Assembly: GCA_963726455.1 (NCBI GenBank)
Contig: CAVSCK010000004.1
Coordinates: 1,504,001-1,568,000, forward strand
Direction of reading: 5' to 3'
Length of the DNA stretch: 64,000 nt
Source of the DNA: an uncultured bacterium
GTDB lineage: Bacteria > Zixibacteria > MSB-5A5 > CAIYYT01
A model generated the notes under the pieces. The model was not told the DNA's origin. It saw only the letters and a program-made list of their open reading frames with translations, and did not search any database. Shown here in pieces: positions 20,362-29,522 of this stretch. Within the stretch, counting starts at the first letter, position 1. The number at the start of each line of letters is the position of its first letter. A program made the translations under genes and the position numbers.

Positions 20362-21555
20362 ATGGATCTGTTCGACAAGTGCAAGAACTTCACGCGGTCG
20401 CTTGAAGTAAAGGAAGCGGGTTTCTACCCCTATTTCCGTCCGATTTCATCTGCTGCCGATACAGTAGTCACGATCCACGGTCAGAAAATGATCATGATCG
20501 GCTCGAACAACTATCTCGGCCTGACCACTCATCCCAAAGTCAAGGAAGCGGCGATTGCGGCGACTCGGAAGTATGGATCCGGTTGCACCGGCTCACGCTT
20601 ACTCAATGGCACGCTTGATTTGCACCTCGAACTGGAGCAAAAGCTGGCTAAATTCATGCACAAGGAAGAGGCGCTGGTCTACTCGACGGGCATGCAGACC
20701 AATCTGGGTACGATTTCGGCGCTGGTCAACAAGGGCGAGTTTGTCATTATCGACCGTTCGGATCACGCCAGCATTGTTGACGGCTGCCGGCTTTCATTTG
20801 GACGAACGCTCAAGTACGAACATAATAATATGGACGATCTGGAACGCCTGTTGACCGGCCTTGATCCCGACACACCTAAGCTGATTGTTACCGACGGTGT
20901 ATTTTCGATGGAAGGCGATATTGCCAAGTTGCCCCGACTGGTGGAACTTGCGCACGCGCATAATGCCAGCGTCATGGTGGATGATGCTCACTCAATCGGA
21001 GTGTTGGGCGCGACCGGCGCCGGGACCGCCGAGCATTTCGGCCTGACCGATGAAGTTGATGTAACGATGGGGACATTTTCCAAGTCGTTCGCCTCGATCG
21101 GCGGATTTATTGTCGGCGATGCGGAAGTTGTCGAATACGTCAAGCACGTCTCCCGGACGATGATATTCTCCGCGTCGATTCCGCCGGCCTCTGCGGCTGC
21201 GGTGATGGCGGCGTTGGACATTCTCGAAGCGGAACCGGAACGACGCAAACGTCTGTGGGACATCACGCATCGGATGCATCGCGAACTGAAGGGCCTGGGG
21301 TTCAACATTGGTACCACTGAAACACCGATTGTGCCGATATTGATCGGCGACGAGACGGAATGCTTCCAATTCTGGGCGATGCTTACGCAATCCGGAATTT
21401 TCGCCAACGCGGCGATACCACCAGCCGTGGCACCGGGTCAGGCGTTGATAAGGACAAGTTACACCGCCAATCATACGGATGAGCAACTGGATCACGTTCT
21501 TGATACATTCGCGGCGATCGGCAAGAAGACGGGATTGATTTCGGCGATGGTGTAG
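20362..21555 (+). CDS. spt: Alpha-oxoamine synthase, probable serine palmitoyltransferase
   Basis: GFYPYFR, GSNNYLGL, GSRLLNGT, DHASIVDG, DDAHSIG, GTFSKS; adjacent to a bCerS-like GNAT. Confidence 0.75.
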   Translation: MDLFDKCKNFTRSLEVKEAGFYPYFRPISSAADTVVTIHGQKMIMIGSNNYLGLTTHPKVKEAAIAATRKYGSGCTGSRLLNGTLDLHLELEQKLAKFMHKEEALVYSTGMQTNLGTISALVNKGEFVIIDRSDHASIVDGCRLSFGRTLKYEHNNMDDLERLLTGLDPDTPKLIVTDGVFSMEGDIAKLPRLVELAHAHNASVMVDDAHSIGVLGATGAGTAEHFGLTDEVDVTMGTFSKSFASIGGFIVGDAEVVEYVKHVSRTMIFSASIPPASAAAVMAALDILEAEPERRKRLWDITHRMHRELKGLGFNIGTTETPIVPILIGDETECFQFWAMLTQSGIFANAAIPPAVAPGQALIRTSYTANHTDEQLDHVLDTFAAIGKKTGLISAMV

Positions 21556-21575
21556 CCGTCACCGGGGCGCCCAGA

Positions 21576-22742
21576 ATGAAACTCGAAGAAATCGACATAA
21601 TCGAGGTCACCTCCAGGTCCGACCTCAAGAAATTCATAAAATTTCCATGGAAAGTCTATGCGGGAGATCCCAACTGGGTTCCGCCGTTATTGGTTGATCG
21701 CCTGGCATTCTTCGATCGGAAGAAGAATCCTTTCTACCGCTACGCCAGAGTTCAGTTATTCCTGGCCGTGTATCATGGCGAAGTGCTGGGGCGCGTCGCA
21801 ACCTGCGTGAACTATATCCACAATCAATTCCATCAGGAGAAGACCGGATTCTTCGGGTTCTTTGAATCGGTGAAGGACTACGACGTTGCGCACCGATTAT
21901 TGAAAGTTGCCGTCATTGCGCTCAAGAAACACGGGATGGAACAGATGCGCGGACCGGCAAATTTCTCAAGCAACCATGATTGGGGATTGCTGGTCGACGC
22001 TTTCGACAAGCCGCCGGTGGTGCAGATGACGTACAATCCGCCCTACTATGTGGAGTATTTCGAGCGTTTCGGCCTGACCAAGGAAAAGGACTTGCTGGCG
22101 TTTGCGATGACGGAAGAAAACCGTCCACCGGAACGGATGGCAAAGATCGTCGAGAGAATTCGCGAGCGTTCAGGAGCGAAGTTTCGGAAGATCAATTTGC
22201 ACGATTTCGACGCGGAAATCATGCGTGTGATCAAAGTCTACAACGACGCCTGGGAAGACAATTGGGGATTCGTGCCGTTGCATGAAGATGAGTTTGTTCA
22301 CATTGCCAAGGATCTGAAACAAATCGTCGATCCCGACCTGGCGCTGTTCGCCGAAATTGACGGTGAGCCAGCCGGGTTTGCTCTGGCGATTCCTGATATC
22401 AACCAGGTGCTGATCAAGCTTAACGGCCGATTGCTGCCCTTCGGTTTGATCAAACTGCTCTGGAATCTGAAAATCAGGCGCAAAGTCAATCAGGCGCGGG
22501 TGATCACGATGGGAGTCGTGAAGAAATTCCAAAAACGGGGCATCGATAATGTTTTCTACCTCGATCTATTCAATAACGGTACTGCCAAGGGCTACAATTT
22601 CGGCGAACTGTCCTGGATTCTGGAAGATAATCATCTGATGATATCGGCGCTGGAGACGCTTGGGGCCAAGCGCTACAAGACGTATCGAATATACCAGACG
22701 CCGCTGATGACGGTGTTGGAAAACCTACCGAGTCCCGACTGA
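21576..22742 (+). CDS. YghO-like GNAT acyltransferase, probable bacterial ceramide synthase
   Basis: DPNWVPPL, GFFGFFE, YNPPYY, NWGFVP, PDINQ, ELSWILEDN, KTYRIY. Confidence 0.75.
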   Translation: MKLEEIDIIEVTSRSDLKKFIKFPWKVYAGDPNWVPPLLVDRLAFFDRKKNPFYRYARVQLFLAVYHGEVLGRVATCVNYIHNQFHQEKTGFFGFFESVKDYDVAHRLLKVAVIALKKHGMEQMRGPANFSSNHDWGLLVDAFDKPPVVQMTYNPPYYVEYFERFGLTKEKDLLAFAMTEENRPPERMAKIVERIRERSGAKFRKINLHDFDAEIMRVIKVYNDAWEDNWGFVPLHEDEFVHIAKDLKQIVDPDLALFAEIDGEPAGFALAIPDINQVLIKLNGRLLPFGLIKLLWNLKIRRKVNQARVITMGVVKKFQKRGIDNVFYLDLFNNGTAKGYNFGELSWILEDNHLMISALETLGAKRYKTYRIYQTPLMTVLENLPSPD

Positions 22743-22815
22743 TCCGGCGCCGCCGGCTCGGGTTTATAAAGAATCCACACATCGTCAGGACTGAGGCGGA
22801 GGGCACACTGCTACC

Positions 22816-23886
22816 GTGACTACGGTCGGTCAATCAGAACGAGAAACGCAGTTCGGCGAGGCGATTCGCGCCTTTTTATTTGATTCCCAGTGCCGGGAAT
22901 AACTTCAATTCATTCTTCGCCGGCACCTGGCGTCGAACGCTTGGCTGTCTGACATCGCTGCGCAGAAAGGGCTACCGATTGCCCGAGGCCGGTTCCAACA
23001 CTGAAGCCATTCCGCGCGATCTTATCTATGACATACTGGGTTCCCTGCTCAGAAGCGAGCGCGGTAAGCGCCCGTTTCATATCGTGATGGATTACTTTGA
23101 CTCCACGGTACAGTGCGGGCCGGTTCATGAGCTGCGAAGGCCGAAGAATTGGAACGCTCATTCATGATCCTGCTGCGCAGCTTCGTGCGACAGGAGCTTT
23201 TCCGGTTATGCCGCCAGTACGATCCACAGAAAGCCAATCTCAAACGAGGATTGACACAGGTGTTCGAAGAACTGGAGTACGGTCACACGTCGGCAGCGAA
23301 CAGCAACAGTGAGTACATATTTCTTGCCCGAAATTCCTCCTCCTTGCGGCTTGACCGACCGATGATAGCTCGTGATCGGCTGCGGCAACTTGTCGAGGAC
23401 GCGTTCCTGCAATCGACAAGCCGCCGTCAATGGTGCCTGAGAATATTCGATCTCCTTAATGAGTTGCAGGAGGTGCAGAATCGCTTGCGCAATCATGAAC
23501 TGCTGAGCGCAGCAGTAGCGGTGAATCTGCAATTCATGGAATTCGACTGCATGAGGCCGTCCAAGCTTCCGAATCCAGAGGATGATTTCGACGCGGAGAC
23601 TCTCAACGAAGCGCGCCGGAAGGCGGTCGAATGCATACGGGAGACCGTCATTCGGGACTTCGTCACCAAGGGTCGAATCACGGAAGAAGTCGGAGCACGA
23701 TTTGCAGTCGCCGCCGACAAGTATCTCACTGATTTGTCCGCGCATGGAAATAGTGATCCGATACCAGACTACTTCCGGGAAGTGATGCCCAAGGAAGAGC
23801 ACGCGCAGTATCTCGAAAAGTACAAGTACGTTTTTGAAACGGTGATTAATCGAGCCGTCGAGGAATTTCGTTCGCGGCTGCAGTAA
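22816..23886 (+). CDS. Divergent sigma-70/ECF-like protein (about 355 aa), interrupted by apparent frameshifts
   Basis: SD ggaggg plus GTG 22816. Joining frames near 22883, 23105 and 23139 gives one helical protein with region-2-like DLIYDILGSLL...LLRSFVRQELFRL. It lies upstream of a ZAS anti-sigma; the sigma call is mainly contextual. Confidence 0.5.
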
Positions 23887-23890
23887 ACAT

Positions 23891-23920
23891 TTGACAGGAT
23901 TCGATTTCGGAGACTATAGA
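23891..23920 (+). promoter_or_regulatory. Internal sigma-70-like promoter ahead of the anti-sigma/protease pair
   Basis: TTGACA-18-TATAGA, then SD ggagg. Confidence 0.4.
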
Positions 23921-23942
23921 AGACTGTGATGGAGGTTGTGAA

Positions 23943-24803
23943 GTGAAGACACATCCGGAACAAAGCACACTCAAGGCGTTTGTGGCCAATGAGTTAGGCG
24001 ACATTGGGCAACTCGAATCGATTCGGGCTCACATCGCAGAGTGTGAATTCTGCCGGGAATTCTGTGATGATTACCGAGCTGATCTTGAGGCGCAAACTGA
24101 GACTGCGAAAGTCCAGCCGGAACAACGAGACTGGACTGTGGCCGACGAAATATTTTCGGACGTATACGCTGGACGGACGATCAGTCTGAACCTCTTACCT
24201 GCACCGCGTTCAATTTCCCAGATGTACCTCGCGGCGGACGGAGAACGGCCTGCCGACATGGTAACCAACCTGGCGACTTTGTTCTCGGAACAGCCGGAAC
24301 TCGTGCTGCGAGTGATGCGCGATGATGCCAGGGGCATAGATTACCTGCAATTGATTAGCGCCGATCCGCAGTTGGCAGCGCAGGCGATGATTCAGATTCC
24401 CGAAATACAAAAGCAGTATGTTACCGACGATACCGGCAAGGTGTTGCTGGCAAGAGACGAGCTTAGGGATCCCGAGAGTCTGCAGTGGGAAATCAAGCTC
24501 CCCGACGCGCGATTCACTCTGCGGCCGCTCGTGTACGACCCGGAGCATGTGGAAAGTTCGCGCGAAGTGATTCTGGAAACGGAACATCATGACCGCATAC
24601 AGGTGGTGTTCGAGACCAAGACCGAAGGCAAACAGATTCTCATCAGAGTACTCGAGATCGAAGGTGAGCCGAACTTTGGCACGATCCGTGTTTCGATCAA
24701 ACAGCAGAATATCCATCAGGTGAAAGAAGTGGCGCCCAATCAAAATGTTTCGTTCAATATTAACGACTCCGACCAGGAAATCAGCATCAGGTTGTTCCGT
24801 TAA
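23943..24803 (+). CDS. Soluble zinc-binding anti-sigma-like (ZAS/zf-HC2) protein
   Basis: N-terminal HP...HIAECEFC (H-x3-C-x2-C); YLAAD linker; beta-rich C-terminus; no TM. Confidence 0.7.
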   Translation: MKTHPEQSTLKAFVANELGDIGQLESIRAHIAECEFCREFCDDYRADLEAQTETAKVQPEQRDWTVADEIFSDVYAGRTISLNLLPAPRSISQMYLAADGERPADMVTNLATLFSEQPELVLRVMRDDARGIDYLQLISADPQLAAQAMIQIPEIQKQYVTDDTGKVLLARDELRDPESLQWEIKLPDARFTLRPLVYDPEHVESSREVILETEHHDRIQVVFETKTEGKQILIRVLEIEGEPNFGTIRVSIKQQNIHQVKEVAPNQNVSFNINDSDQEISIRLFR

Positions 24804-27269
24804 ATGACAAAGTCTCCATTGCAACTTGCGCGCGATTTTGCCCGCCTGCAAAGTCACTTATCCACCTGCCCGGCCGGAGATCAACGACTATTGGCATTGC
24901 TGGAATTCTGGCCGGAGATTCAGGAATACTCGGGCGACGAGGCATATCAGAGTTATTTCGATCAATACCTGCCGCTGTTGGCGCGCATGCTTGACAGAGC
25001 TATTCTCGCGGATTTGACAATCGTGGAATTGAAGCGGTTGCAGCAAATGCTCGACGAGAGCGGCAACAGGTCCGCTTGCGGTATGGTCGGCCGCGAATTG
25101 GCGAAGATGTATTTCTATGTTGGGGGAATTGAAGAGGGATTGCATGTGCTTGAATCACCCTCACCCCTGGCCCCTCTCCCGGAGGGCGAGGAGAAGAACG
25201 AATCAGGTGCTGATGTGGTACTTGAGTCACCCTCACCCCTTACCCCTCTCCCAGAGGGAGAGGGGAAGAACGAGTCAGGTGCTGATGCGGTGTCACCCTC
25301 ACCCCTGGCCCCTCTCCCGGAGGGAGAGGGGAAAAACAATGCACAAACACTCACGGCAGTAGGCAATTTGGTGCAGGGGATCGAAGCGACCAACGAATAT
25401 GTCGCATTTCAGGCCGTTTGCGTCCGGGCGACGGAAATAAATCATCCACTCGCGCAGGCGCTCAACGAGATTCTTACTGAATGGCAGGGTGAGCGGGAAG
25501 CTTCCTACCATGATCGTGCCAAGTGCCTGTTCGTCGAGCGGGGTGAGGACGGCAAGAACACTCGCGGCAGAATGCGAACACTGAACGGCAAGGTTGAGCT
25601 ATTCGGAAAGTCGGCGCCGACAGACGAAATTACTTTCGAGAATGCGATCAAAACACCGGATGATCCGTTTGTCGGGGTGGCCTATGATGCGTTTGCAGCG
25701 GTGCGAAACATTTTCAGCGCGTCCGGCTTAAGGAATCAGGGATCGCATTATTATCATGCGCATTTCAATATCGAAGACAGCGGCCAGACATTCACCGGCG
25801 ACTCCATCGGGCTGGCATTTGGCCTGCTTGCCTACACGCAGTTGCTACGGCCGGAGGCGCTGCGGCTCGACCGCCTGGTGTCGGGCGAAGTGGCATTCAC
25901 GGGTGGCGTCGATCGTGACGGCAATCTGACTGCGATCAACGATGACACTGTGCCGCAGAAAATCGAACGGGCATTTTTCTCGCCGGTCAAATACATCGTG
26001 CTGCCGGAAGCGAGTGGCCTGCCCAGCCAGGCAGCATCTGGACAAACTGCGCACCTGAAGTTTCCCCGACGCAATCTGCACCTGATCTCCGCGCGACGAA
26101 TTGAGGATGTCGTGGATGACCACAATATCATCCGCAGCGAGAAGGTGTGCATCGGCGAATTCGTAGCGAAGCGCGCAGCGAAATATGGGAAGATGACGAA
26201 AGTACAGGTGCCGCTTTTCCTGGTGCTTGCATATTTATTGGTCTGCCTGATCTATCCGAAGGCGTGGGTCGGGTTTGATTGGGAGCCGGCGTCTGTGAAA
26301 TTCATCACCAACGGTTTCATCGTATACAATTCAAATTCGCACGAACTTTGGCGGAAGCCGATGCCTTTCGACCCATTGGGCGATGACTCACTCTATGGCA
26401 GAGCCGCCGATCTCGGCGGAGATGGCAAGAACGAAGTCCTGGTGATGCCGTCGGTGAACAGGGGCTGCAAGCAGAGCGGCTGGCTTTATGTCTACGACAG
26501 CAAAGGGGATACTCTGTATTCGCGCGATTGCACGGTACGCGGCGAGTATCCCAGGTACAGGGGGGAAAAGGACCGTGATTCCGCCCGGTACTACGTTGTA
26601 CTCAATATTGTAAGGGATACCAAGAGGTCGACGATAATAGCTCAGACATACCAGGACTACCCCGACCGCGGAGCTATCAGGTTTCTCGACGGGCAGGGAA
26701 ATTATCTTGGTTGGTACATAAACGCGGGAGGAACCAATTTCCGAATGCCGGGCGATGTTAACGGTGACGGCATGGATGAGTTTATCTTCTTTGGCTACCA
26801 GCAGCTCCTGAATTGCACAGCGGTATTTGCGTTATCGCCGGATTCGAGTCATGGTGTATCGCCCCCCTACGAAGCCCCGGAACTCGACTTACGAAAGGTC
26901 AAGCGTGGCAATCCAGTCCGATACGTAATGTTTTTCCCCACGGACGTAGGCAGAATAATGCTGCGGGCGGGCTACAACAGCCTTATGAATTTTTTCAGGG
27001 AGGCAGACGGAACATATCGCGCTTCCGTCGAGGAGGCCGACACCGTACCCGGTGGAGCCACGGTTGACTACATTCTCGATTCGCGGCTGCGCGTCCTGAA
27101 AGTACGTCTGAGCGATGCGTTTGTAAATCAGAGACGGAACTTGATCATGGCCGGCAAAATTAGTGACATTCCCCGGACGATGTATGAAGATCAACTACGA
27201 GATAGTGTCACCTACTGGACCGGAACGGAGTACGTGACGGAGGGGCAACTGCGTAGCGCCGGGAAATAG
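24804..27269 (+). CDS. Single-pass protein: cytoplasmic Lon-C/S16-like protease, TM helix, extracytoplasmic FG-GAP domain
   Basis: TGDSIGLA (S334), VAFTGGV, QKI (K386), YIVLP align with Lon DGPSAG/AMTGEI/KEK/VLIP; TM about 469-486; DLGGDGKNEV and DVNGDGMDEF. Confidence 0.75.
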   Translation: MTKSPLQLARDFARLQSHLSTCPAGDQRLLALLEFWPEIQEYSGDEAYQSYFDQYLPLLARMLDRAILADLTIVELKRLQQMLDESGNRSACGMVGRELAKMYFYVGGIEEGLHVLESPSPLAPLPEGEEKNESGADVVLESPSPLTPLPEGEGKNESGADAVSPSPLAPLPEGEGKNNAQTLTAVGNLVQGIEATNEYVAFQAVCVRATEINHPLAQALNEILTEWQGEREASYHDRAKCLFVERGEDGKNTRGRMRTLNGKVELFGKSAPTDEITFENAIKTPDDPFVGVAYDAFAAVRNIFSASGLRNQGSHYYHAHFNIEDSGQTFTGDSIGLAFGLLAYTQLLRPEALRLDRLVSGEVAFTGGVDRDGNLTAINDDTVPQKIERAFFSPVKYIVLPEASGLPSQAASGQTAHLKFPRRNLHLISARRIEDVVDDHNIIRSEKVCIGEFVAKRAAKYGKMTKVQVPLFLVLAYLLVCLIYPKAWVGFDWEPASVKFITNGFIVYNSNSHELWRKPMPFDPLGDDSLYGRAADLGGDGKNEVLVMPSVNRGCKQSGWLYVYDSKGDTLYSRDCTVRGEYPRYRGEKDRDSARYYVVLNIVRDTKRSTIIAQTYQDYPDRGAIRFLDGQGNYLGWYINAGGTNFRMPGDVNGDGMDEFIFFGYQQLLNCTAVFALSPDSSHGVSPPYEAPELDLRKVKRGNPVRYVMFFPTDVGRIMLRAGYNSLMNFFREADGTYRASVEEADTVPGGATVDYILDSRLRVLKVRLSDAFVNQRRNLIMAGKISDIPRTMYEDQLRDSVTYWTGTEYVTEGQLRSAGK
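25155..25331 (+). repeat. Three in-frame intragenic CCCTCACCCC..CCCTCTCCC..GGGAGAGGG palindromes
   Basis: Copies at 25155, 25227 and 25293 (spacing 72 and 66 nt), translated SPSPL(A/T)PLPEGE. Confidence 0.9.
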
Positions 27270-27629
27270 TACAAATCCCGCTGGAAAATTCCACAAATCT
27301 GAGATTCCATCACTATAAGACTAATTGAAAAGCAAACGGAGCGATTCCGGGGTCACTAACTGTGGCGTTGCCTGGGGGCAGGCGCGGCACACAGGGGGGA
27401 AGGACGACGCTGAGCAGGTACTGGGGAAAGCTCACGGCGTTTTTGAGACCGGTAGTGGTCGACACTGCCGGTCGATTGTTTTGGGGATGGTCGGGAGCGC
27501 CTGGTGTGTATGATGCGACCTGATTGAGAAGAGTCGGGTTTCTCGTCCCGTGGTGTGCGAAATGCGGAAGGCAGTCTGAAGGCGGGTGTCGATGACACGT
27601 TCGGTGACTCGGTGCAGAGGGGACTCGGA

Positions 27630-27720
27630 ACACTGACCTACGGAGTAAACCCAATCGCTGAAGCGAATGGGGCACCCGCGAGATCTGACCGTCGCGCACG
27701 AGGACGTACGCGACGCACTC
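27630..27720. repeat. REP-like units (AAACCC..ATGGGGCACCC family)
   Basis: Matches 15438-15466 and 15820-15845; inverted copy at 10501-10533. Confidence 0.65.
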
Positions 27721-27739
27721 ATAGAAATTAGGATGGATG

Positions 27740-28459
27740 TTACTGAAGCAGTTCGACGGTGGTCTTGTCGGCGGTGGCCGTAACTTTCACCACGTCGACA
27801 CCTTCGGCATCACGCAGTAACACAATCGTATTCTTGGAATCGTAGCCGGCCTTGCTGAGGCAGACTTTCCAGTAGGCGAACGCCGCCTGGGCAACGCGCT
27901 GCTTCTTGATCTTGGAGAAGGAAGGCCAGGCATCGCCGACAGTCAAGGCCGCAGATGGCGCCTGACTATCTTTCAGTTCAGTGACGCCGGTGATAATTTG
28001 CAGAGTGGTGTCAGCGAGTCGTCCGCCCATCTTGAATTGTGTCCAGGGATCGACGTAGCGATCAAGCGAAAGCATTGACTCGTGAATGTAAGCAGTCGTG
28101 GTATCATCAAGCTGTACCTGCCACCACTGGTCGGTTTTGGCGGTCAATTTGACTTCGGCGCCCCGCGTTAGCTTGGTTATGATCGGAGCCGTCGTCGATG
28201 GTTGGCTGCGCACATTGATTGACGATTTGAAGACCCAGGCCGATTTGAGTTCCGGACCTTGGGGGGCAACTGTGGGTGATTTCGGCTTGGCGGAGTCGGA
28301 CGGAACCGTCGCCTCCACTTTTTGCTGTGCAGGTGGCGTCGGAGGCAGGGTCGACTGTTGTTGATGGCCGCAACCGGCGATGCCGGCGCTTAGTGCCGAG
28401 CACACAAGTACGCAACCGACTATTCGCAAGTTAATACCCCGTCGAGAAGTTTTAGGCAT
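27740..28459 (-). CDS. Lipoprotein with bacterial SH3 domain
   Basis: Lipobox IAGC, Pro-rich linker, INVRSQPSTTAPIITKLTRG...WWQV; SD ggagg. Confidence 0.8.
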   Translation of the reverse strand: MPKTSRRGINLRIVGCVLVCSALSAGIAGCGHQQQSTLPPTPPAQQKVEATVPSDSAKPKSPTVAPQGPELKSAWVFKSSINVRSQPSTTAPIITKLTRGAEVKLTAKTDQWWQVQLDDTTTAYIHESMLSLDRYVDPWTQFKMGGRLADTTLQIITGVTELKDSQAPSAALTVGDAWPSFSKIKKQRVAQAAFAYWKVCLSKAGYDSKNTIVLLRDAEGVDVVKVTATADKTTVELLQ

Positions 28460-28569
28460 CGTCCTCCGATTCGTGCGTTGCTGCCGATTGACAGCGGCTC
28501 GCAATGATGAGTCAATATTGGGATTGCCATTGGGGGTGTCAACAGAAAAGATGGAGTGGAACGTGTGGG

Positions 28570-28592
28570 GTCGCGACTGAAGTCCCTCCTAC
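28570..28592 (-). repeat. Single GTAG REP
   Basis: gtaggagggacttcagtcgcgac, same family as 10288. Confidence 0.7.
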
Positions 28593-28607
28593 AATTCGTT
28601 AATTGAG

Positions 28608-29522
28608 TTAATGGTCTGTTGTCGATGTGCGTGTACCAGATTTCCAGCGACGGTGAGTCCAGAGCCATTGCTCCGGGTGAGCTTTAATGGCAGCGGCAAG
28701 TCGATCGGAAAAGAGTGTCAGCAAACGTTTGATCTCGGCATCTTTGTCAGCTGCAGGATTCGGTTCGATTATCTCTGAAGTCAGGAGAGTGAATCCATTC
28801 TCTTCACGCTTGGGCAGAATGACCATGACGGGAGCATTGTAATGATAACTGAACAGCGCCCAGCCGCGGAAATGCGACGCCGGCCTGCCCAGAAAGTCGA
28901 GCATCACGCCGTCACTGCCGGCATCCTGATCGACGACCATTGCCAGAGTGCCTCCCGACTTGAGAATTTTCGGAGCCACACGCGGCGCTTCATGGCTGAG
29001 TATAACATGGGCTCCGAAGATCTGCCGACGCTTGTTGACCAGCCGGTCGACGAAAGGATTTGACTGTTCCTTGGCGAGGAAATTTACGTTCGCGAATCTG
29101 GTCGCGACAAATTGTCCCATGACTTCCCAGCTTCCGTAATGCCCGCTAATAAATATCAGCGGCCTTCCCTGCCGGGATAGCTGCTGCATTTGATTGAGCC
29201 GGGCGGATGCCTCGTCGCTGACCACGACACTGTTTACGACGCGATCAAGCTGACTTTCGTCAATGGCAACGGCGGCCAGATTGCGATAGACTTGTTTGAT
29301 GATATGTGTGATTTCCGGCTCGGCGAGTTGTGGCAATGCAGCCCTGATGTTGTCGTGTGCAATCCTGACGCGGCGCGGTGTGGCCAGATAAGCGATTCTA
29401 CCGGCGACTCCAGCCAGCTTCAACCGCCAGCTTCCCGGTATCAGGCGCAGGAACACGTAAAAGACGAGTACGAAGAGGTACTCAACGAGGTGACGAAAAG
29501 TTTTCAGAGTCGTCGGAGTCAT
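28608..29522 (-). CDS. Lipid A lauroyl/myristoyl-type acyltransferase (HtrB/LpxL family)
   Basis: GHYGSWE, VDQD, FLGRPA, HPEQWLWTHRRWK. Confidence 0.9.
   Translation of the reverse strand: MTPTTLKTFRHLVEYLFVLVFYVFLRLIPGSWRLKLAGVAGRIAYLATPRRVRIAHDNIRAALPQLAEPEITHIIKQVYRNLAAVAIDESQLDRVVNSVVVSDEASARLNQMQQLSRQGRPLIFISGHYGSWEVMGQFVATRFANVNFLAKEQSNPFVDRLVNKRRQIFGAHVILSHEAPRVAPKILKSGGTLAMVVDQDAGSDGVMLDFLGRPASHFRGWALFSYHYNAPVMVILPKREENGFTLLTSEIIEPNPAADKDAEIKRLLTLFSDRLAAAIKAHPEQWLWTHRRWKSGTRTSTTDH

Noticed and set aside
24804-27269. Canonical Lon or RadA/Sms
   Set aside because: No Walker A/B ATPase module; it has a TM helix and FG-GAP motifs instead
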